This document shows, one piece after another, positions 53,901-57,475 of a DNA stretch of 57,475 nt. The stretch is from Chiloscyllium plagiosum. Taxonomy: Eukaryota. The stretch lies in the NCBI RefSeq assembly GCF_004010195.1, contig NC_057719.1, positions 30,563,054-30,620,528 on the forward strand. Direction: 5' to 3'. A program made the position numbers and the translations under genes. Every line of letters starts with the position of its first letter. Positions within the stretch are counted from its first letter, which is position 1. Below the pieces are notes generated by a model. It was given only the letters and a program-made list of their open reading frames with translations, was not told the origin of the DNA and made no database searches.

Positions 53901-56900
53901 CAGGAATATACTTTTTCTGAATTCTCGTTATCTCATTTCTGAAGGCTTCCCATTTTCGAGCCGTCCCTTTACCTGCGAACATCTGCGCCCAATCAGCTTT
54001 CGAAAGTTCTTACCTAATACTGTCAAAATTGGCCTTTCTCCAATTTAGGACTACAACTTTTAGATCTGGTCTATCCTTTTCCATCACTATTTAAAACTAA
54101 TAGAATTATGGTCGCTGGCCCCAAAGTGCTCCCCCATGGACACCTCAGTCACCTGCCCTGCCTTATTTCCCAAGAGTAGGTCAAGTTTTGCACCTTCTCT
54201 AGTAGGTACATCCACATACTGAATCAGAAAATTGTCTTGTACGCACTTGACGAATTCCTCTCCATTCTAAACCATTAACACTATGGCAGTCCCAGGCTAT
54301 GTTTGGAAAGTTAAAATCCCCTACCATAATCACCCTATTATTCTTACAGATAGCTGAGATCTCCTTACAAGTTTGTTTCTCAATTCCCCTCTTGATTCTC
54401 AATTTCCCTCTGACTATTAGGGTCTTCCATGTCCTTCTCCACAGTAAACACTGATGCAAAATACTTGTTTAGTGTCTCCCCCATCTCCTGCGGCTTCACA
54501 CAAAGCCGCCTTGCTGATCTTTGAGGGGCCCTATTCTCTCCCTAGTTACCCTTTTGTCCTTAATGTATTTGTAAAACCCCTTTGGATTCTCCCTAACCCT
54601 ATTTGCCAAAGTTATCTCATGTCTCATTTTTGCCTTCCTAATTTCCCTCTTAAGTATACTCCTACTGCATTTATACTCTAAGGATTCACTCAGTCTATCC
54701 TGTCTATATCTGACATAGGAGAAAGTGAGGACTGCAGATGCTGGAGATCAGAGCTGAAAATGTGTTGCTGGAAAAGCGCAGCAGGTCAGGCAGTGTCCAA
54801 AGAGCAGGAGAATCAACGTTTCGGGCATGAGCCCTTCTTCAGGAAAGCCTGACATATGCTTCCTTCTTTGTCTTAACCAAAGCCCTCCATTTCTCTCATC
54901 ATCCAGTATTCCCTATACCTACCAGCCTTTCCTTTCACCCTCACAGGAATATACTGTCTCTGAACTCTCATTATCTCATTTCTGAAGGCTTCCATTTTCA
55001 AGCCGTCCCTTTACCTGAGAACATCTGCGCCCAATCAGCTTTCGAAAGTTCTTGCTCAATACCATCAAAATTAGCCTTTGTGCAATTTAGAATTTCAACT
55101 TTTAGATCTGGTCTATCCTTTTCCATCACTATTTTAAAACTAACAGAATTATGGTCGCTAGCCCCAAAGTGCTCCCCCACTGACACTTCTGTCACCTTAT
55201 TCCCTGCCTTATTCCCAAGAGTAGGTCAAGTTTTGCACCTTCTCTAGTAGGTACATCCATATACTGAATCAGAAATTTTTCTTGTACACACTTAACAAAT
55301 TCCTCCCTATTTAAACCCTTAACAGTATGGCAGTCCCAGTTTCTGTTTGGAAAGTTAAAATGCCCCACCATAACCACCCTATTATTCTTACAGATAACTG
55401 AAATCTCCTTACAAATTTGTTTCTCAATATCCAGCTGACTGTTAGGGGGTCTATAATACAATCCCAATAAGGTGATTATCCCTTTCTTATTTCTCAATTC
55501 CACCCAAATAACTTCCCTGGATGTATTTCCAGGAATATCCTCCCTAAATACAACTGTAATGCTATTCCTTATCAAAAACACCACTCCCCTCCTCTCCTGC
55601 CTCCCTTTCTATCCTTCCTGTCGCATTTGTATCTTGCAACCTTAAGCTGCCAATCCCATGTTCCTAACAAAGCCCTGAATCCATCTGCCTTCCCTGTTCA
55701 GCCTTTTGCATTGAAATAAATGCAGTTTAATTTATCAGTCCTACCTTGATCTTTGCTTTGTCCCTGCCTGCCCTGACTGTTCAGAAAACAACATACACAC
55801 TAAAGTTCCAGTTGAACTTTTCAGTAAACATATGATTGGTAACTTTTTCAAACAGTTTTTTTTAAATGTGGTGTTACCATTGTAGTAACTTCCATTATGG
55901 GATCAACATTGTGTATTTACAGCCTAATAAATTAATACATCACATTAGGGGAAGTATCCTCAAAAATATTACTCTATTTGTATTGATTAAAGTATATGTA
56001 TCAACAGATGTTTCGGGTCATTTATCTCAAGAATAAATTTTTCTAGGACTGCAGACATGAAACTTTCAGAACTTGGTTGGTTGACACAAGCTGCAGATTT
56101 TAGATAACAGTATAAGTGAAGTCTACTCCAGTTTGGAGAGTACACAGTGCATAAGTGCACAGTAATGTCACAGCTGGATCTTTACGAATAAGACACAGAT
56201 TGCAATCATCTGTACGATTTGATGGTAATAGAGGTATTACTAGTCATTGTTGATACTTTCATGAGTATTATTTTACACAGGCATTGTGACATCATCACAC
56301 ATTCTCATAATGCAAGAGCATTACTTCAGTGGTTTAAATCCAAAAAGAAAGTTTAAAATTTGAAGGTTTAGTTTGTGTCAGTTAAAAAAACACTTGGAAG
56401 CAAATGATTTGTTTGTTCTGATTTTGTTTAAGAATACATTTATCCAACCAACCACATACACACATCTTATCGACTCTGAAAATATGCTATATGTTACAAT
56501 GCCATGCTAACAGTTCTAAGTATGTGATGACAAAGCTATTAACTTAAAATATATTTTGATTAAATTAAATGCAATTAAATATTTTGATAACAACTACCAG
56601 AATTATTTTATTTTGAAAAGGTGGCATATGTTAAAATAATTTAAAAATACGAGGAGTTCACCGAGCGTCGAGGTCCTTCAACTTTTAAATCGCATCAATG
56701 TTTGGGTTATAAAACTCCACTGTAGATTAGTTAAATTTACCAGACATTAGAGATGTGTAGGCGAAAAGGGAAAAGTGTAGGCGAAAAGGGAAAAGAAGGA
56801 ACAGCGATTCTCATGGCATTAAACCAGTTACAAGCCAAAATCCAAAGCAGAATTGCATGCATGTAATTCGAGAAGAAAACTGAAACATTTAAGATGAATG

Positions 56901-57097
56901 TTGAATGCTGTGTTGAGGGCAGATGTTTCTGTCTCGTGGCCATTTACACTGATGGAATAAAGTACAGCCTCAGTTTTCTCCATAATCGCCCGGTTTCAGA
57001 TTAAAGCCTGACTCAGCACCACTCGCTGTCACCACACAAAGCTCAGCAGCCAGCACCTACCTTTCTTGTTGGCCATGTTAATAATGATCTTTCCCAT
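8457..57097 (-). CDS. SPATA7: SPATA7 orthologue, 5' part of a multi-exon gene (span of identified coding exons)
   Basis: Five GT-AG exons join in frame (intron phases 1,1,1,0; last donor phase 2): [69 protein letters not shown]...-...YSGDILEKH...[12 protein letters not shown]...YYTPVKKK...ETQTD. These match recalled SPATA7 motifs (NHMAVHYNKILSAKAAVDCSVP; SGDLLDKH; FTPRTLK; YYTPAKRK). Confidence 0.9.
10190..10968 (-). mobile_element. Penelope-like (Neptune-type) GIY-YIG endonuclease fragment and terminal repeats
   Basis: [28 protein letters not shown]...[23 protein letters not shown]. Confidence 0.85.
11714..12230 (-). mobile_element. Older Penelope-like fragment
   Basis: SLQDILVHS...[12 protein letters not shown] and KLDKQHLIF motifs. 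Confidence 0.65.
13537..13757. mobile_element. Possible Tigger/pogo-type MITE
   Basis: TA-flanked; 21-bp terminal inverted repeats matching 14/21. Confidence 0.4.
17085..17209 (-). CDS. SPATA7: SPATA7 internal exon, 125 bp
   Basis: Acceptor ctcttttgttcttaag, donor CAG|gtatgt; open in the required phase: (Y)[41 protein letters not shown]. Confidence 0.85.
17470..19132 (+). mobile_element. CR1/HER1 LINE, 5'-truncated
   Basis: [27 protein letters not shown], 3' UTR. Confidence 0.9.
19583..19630 (-). CDS. SPATA7: SPATA7 internal exon, 48 bp
   Basis: Acceptor tttttatcctttcag, donor gtaagt; encodes (A)[15 protein letters not shown](Y). Too short for the ORF track. Confidence 0.92.
20393..21880 (-). 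mobile_element. HER1 3' end plus an older CR1-type LINE fragment
   Basis: 3' tail shared with 6822-7170; degenerate RT region (KAFDKV at about 21030-21050). Confidence 0.7.
22202..22294 (-). CDS. SPATA7: SPATA7 internal exon, 93 bp
   Basis: Acceptor ctttgtccttgcag, donor gtaatg; encodes (A)[30 protein letters not shown]. Confidence 0.9.
24781..24910 (+). repeat. Purine-rich low-complexity tract
   Basis: Repeated GGAAGAGC / GAA units. Confidence 0.7.
24973..25155. repeat. Palindromic Penelope-derived terminal-repeat element
   Basis: ~80-bp inverted arms (ACACCAGGTTATAGTCCAACA / TGTTGGACTATAACCTGGTGT). Confidence 0.8.
25335..27890 (-). mobile_element. Cluster of CR1 LINE fragments
   Basis: [28 protein letters not shown] motifs. 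Confidence 0.85.
25847..26136 (+). mobile_element. V-SINE (HE1-like), rearranged, inserted in a CR1
   Basis: Same head, V-domain and tail as 1981-2278. Confidence 0.8.
30451..31055. repeat. Long inverted repeat: 176-bp arms, 253-bp spacer
   Basis: 30451-30626 is the reverse complement of 30880-31055 with one mismatch. Confidence 0.97.
31108..31140 (+). ncRNA. Minimal hammerhead motif in a Penelope terminal repeat
   Basis: uc CUGAUGA ag GGC uccu GCC g GAAA CGUU ga. Confidence 0.55.
32627..32884 (+). mobile_element. Rex1/Babar-like LINE 3' fragment
   Basis: [19 protein letters not shown] motif. Confidence 0.6.
32885..34480 (+). mobile_element. Penelope-like (Neptune-type) element interrupted by a CR1
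   Basis: [26 protein letters not shown]...[20 protein letters not shown]; endonuclease end and terminal repeat at 34009-34480. Confidence 0.85.
33436..34008 (+). mobile_element. CR1/HER1 3' fragment nested in a Penelope element
   Basis: [39 protein letters not shown] tail. Confidence 0.88.
37031..37061 (-). ncRNA. Minimal hammerhead motif in a Penelope terminal repeat
   Basis: CUGAUGA AGG guccug CCU GAAA CGUC. Confidence 0.55.
37422..40920 (-). mobile_element. CR1/HER1 LINE, near full length with deletions (ORF1 and ORF2 remnants)
   Basis: ORF1 CSSCRLWE...CRKC and esterase-like [16 protein letters not shown]2 [28 protein letters not shown]; tail ending in an ATGACTCT-like repeat. Confidence 0.9.
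41900..43300 (+). mobile_element. CR1 LINE fragments (endonuclease and 3' RT)
   Basis: [16 protein letters not shown] and YRPPSS motifs, followed by HER1-like 3' region. Confidence 0.85.
43301..43986 (+). repeat. ERV 5' LTR (5' start lost or uncertain)
   Basis: TATAAA 43698-43703, AATAAA 43721-43726, ends ...TTTAACA just before the PBS; 43870-43986 aligns ungapped to 51156-51272 (102/117 identical by hand count). Confidence 0.75.
43990..44007 (+). promoter_or_regulatory. Primer binding site, tRNA-Ser(CGA)-like
   Basis: TCATGCTGTGAGCAGGAT(TCCAAC) versus TGGCGCTGTGAGCAGGAT(TCGAAC), the complement of the recalled vertebrate tRNA-Ser(CGA) 3' end; 15/18 match, 3 nt after the LTR. Confidence 0.75.
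45813..46124 (-). mobile_element. V-SINE (HE1-like) inserted in ERV gag
   Basis: Reverse complement of the 1981-2278 family. Confidence 0.85.
46283..46487. repeat. Palindromic Penelope terminal-repeat insertion in ERV gag
   Basis: Inverted arms 46283-46454 with hammerhead-like cores on both strands. Confidence 0.8.
46820..48625 (+). pseudogene. pol: ERV pro-pol remnant: protease, RNase H and integrase, no RT
   Basis: [17 protein letters not shown] (DTGA decayed); GYAIV...[10 protein letters not shown]...[21 protein letters not shown]...[33 protein letters not shown]. Confidence 0.9.
48590..50900 (+). pseudogene. env: ERV env (frameshifted) with N-terminal mucin-like and EGF-like modules and gamma-type TM
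   Basis: Signal-like [23 protein letters not shown] from 48590; ORF 48673-49578; SU C-terminal motif [19 protein letters not shown]; fusion peptide [39 protein letters not shown] (CX6CC); hydrophobic anchor near 50760-50815. Confidence 0.88.
48673..49578 (+). CDS. 301-aa open frame in 5' env: Cys-rich, Thr-rich mucin-like, EGF-like and Ca-binding EGF-like modules
   Basis: 25 Thr in aa 81-144; [10 protein letters not shown]...[12 protein letters not shown]...C; DDEEY...C...[12 protein letters not shown]...C; 11 N-glycosylation sequons. Probably non-functional in this copy. Confidence 0.6.
   Translation: MYMRPDAICPSVISLNWLNLQCDCMNGICVNANESNGEATKVVCTFVGMNSITGINFINLNDTSEDTTCQNNETIRCPSMTLPLTLTTISSPTTITITDVVTTTHDKTTLMTTKQQKLTTLTPPTTSYFATPVILNTTLDTMRTLMCPTCHPNATYRNKTNNLGVECQCNHSYTGNGTGASGCSDDEEYIIFPTAALEDRICQLHETYTNTSGSYECSCPAETHLSYSHCTSEHHFRHYCHPYNTSVPVVMRWHDSIISSTPSPENCHFEMFVCSPPKRNHSNCNIEHIVPKSRTLRHLLL
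51029..51272 (+). repeat. ERV 3' LTR, internally deleted
   Basis: Follows PPT AAATGGAGGGAA (ends 51028); TG...CA termini; last 117 bp match the 5' LTR end. Confidence 0.85.
52479..52711. other. Assembly gap
   Basis: Run of N. Confidence 1.
54811..54845 (-). ncRNA. Minimal hammerhead motif in a Penelope terminal repeat
   Basis: uc CUGAAGA a GGGC ucau GCCC GAAA CGUU ga. Confidence 0.65.
57061..57097 (-). CDS. SPATA7: SPATA7 first coding exon ([12 protein letters not shown] + G)
   Basis: In-frame ATGs at 57097 and 57076, phase-1 donor AAAG|GTAGGT at 57060, next to a CpG-rich promoter. Support is positional, not strong homology. Confidence 0.65.
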
Positions 57098-57139
57098 GCT
57101 CTCTCTCGGGTATCACAGAGTCAGGTTTATTCTGAATTC

Positions 57140-57290
57140 TAGTGCGGGCACTGCCCAGGCCCATAACCGCCTCACCTCCGTCCGGCCGCCATTGCCGCTA
57201 ACCCCAACCGCGATCATCAACCAATGGGCGAGCGGCGGGGCCCGGGGCCCTCGCGTCACCGTTACCTTGGAGACAGAGCCTCTGACGAAG
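57140..57290 (-). promoter_or_regulatory. CpG-rich SPATA7 promoter with CCAAT box and RFX X-box
   Basis: The most conspicuous GC/CpG-dense patch in the window, just upstream of the ATG exon; CCAAT at 57221-57225; GTTACCTTGGAGAC at 57261-57274. Confidence 0.65.
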
Positions 57291-57475
57291 GGGGAGTGTG
57301 AACAAGATGCGGTGAGGGAGTTGAGAGGCGAAGGGGTCAGGGAGGGAAGAGAAAGGATGGAATCGGCGGATGAGAAGGGGGGGGGGCGGTTCAGAAGGAG
57401 TTTGGGGGAGAAAGGGAGGAGAGAGAGAGATGGAAGACAGAGAGAACAGGCGAGAGAGGGGGGAGAAGACAAACA

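Larger units (their letters stand above)
51273..55780 (-). mobile_element. Cluster of nested or tandem CR1/HER1 LINE fragments
   Basis: [45 protein letters not shown] motifs, several present in two copies; includes gap 52479-52711. Confidence 0.9.

Noticed and set aside
56756..56795. 20-bp tandem duplication TGTAGGCGAAAAGGGAAAAG (and a 14-bp one near 18177-18211)
   Set aside because: Simple slippage duplications; not CRISPR-like and no spacers.

Overview
Vertebrate genomic DNA, almost certainly from a shark (HE1-type V-SINEs, HER1/CR1 LINEs, elasmobranch-type Penelope repeats), with two assembly gaps. One host gene is supported: a SPATA7 orthologue on the minus strand. It has five spliced coding exons (57061-57097, 22202-22294, 19583-19630, 17085-17209, 8457-8929) and a CpG-rich promoter with CCAAT and RFX X-box motifs; its 3' exons were not found. 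The introns are full of decayed retroelements. The main discovery is an ~8 kb class I (gamma/epsilon-like) endogenous retrovirus at 43301-51272, antisense within the gene. It has a tRNA-Ser(CGA)-like PBS, lacks RT entirely, and its env region begins with a signal peptide, a Thr-rich mucin-like stalk and two EGF-like modules (one calcium-binding type) ahead of a normal gamma-type SU/TM. Also notable are many minimal hammerhead-ribozyme motifs in Penelope terminal repeats and a 176-bp near-perfect inverted duplication inside an old Gypsy element. Family assignments come from motif recognition by eye; no searches were run.
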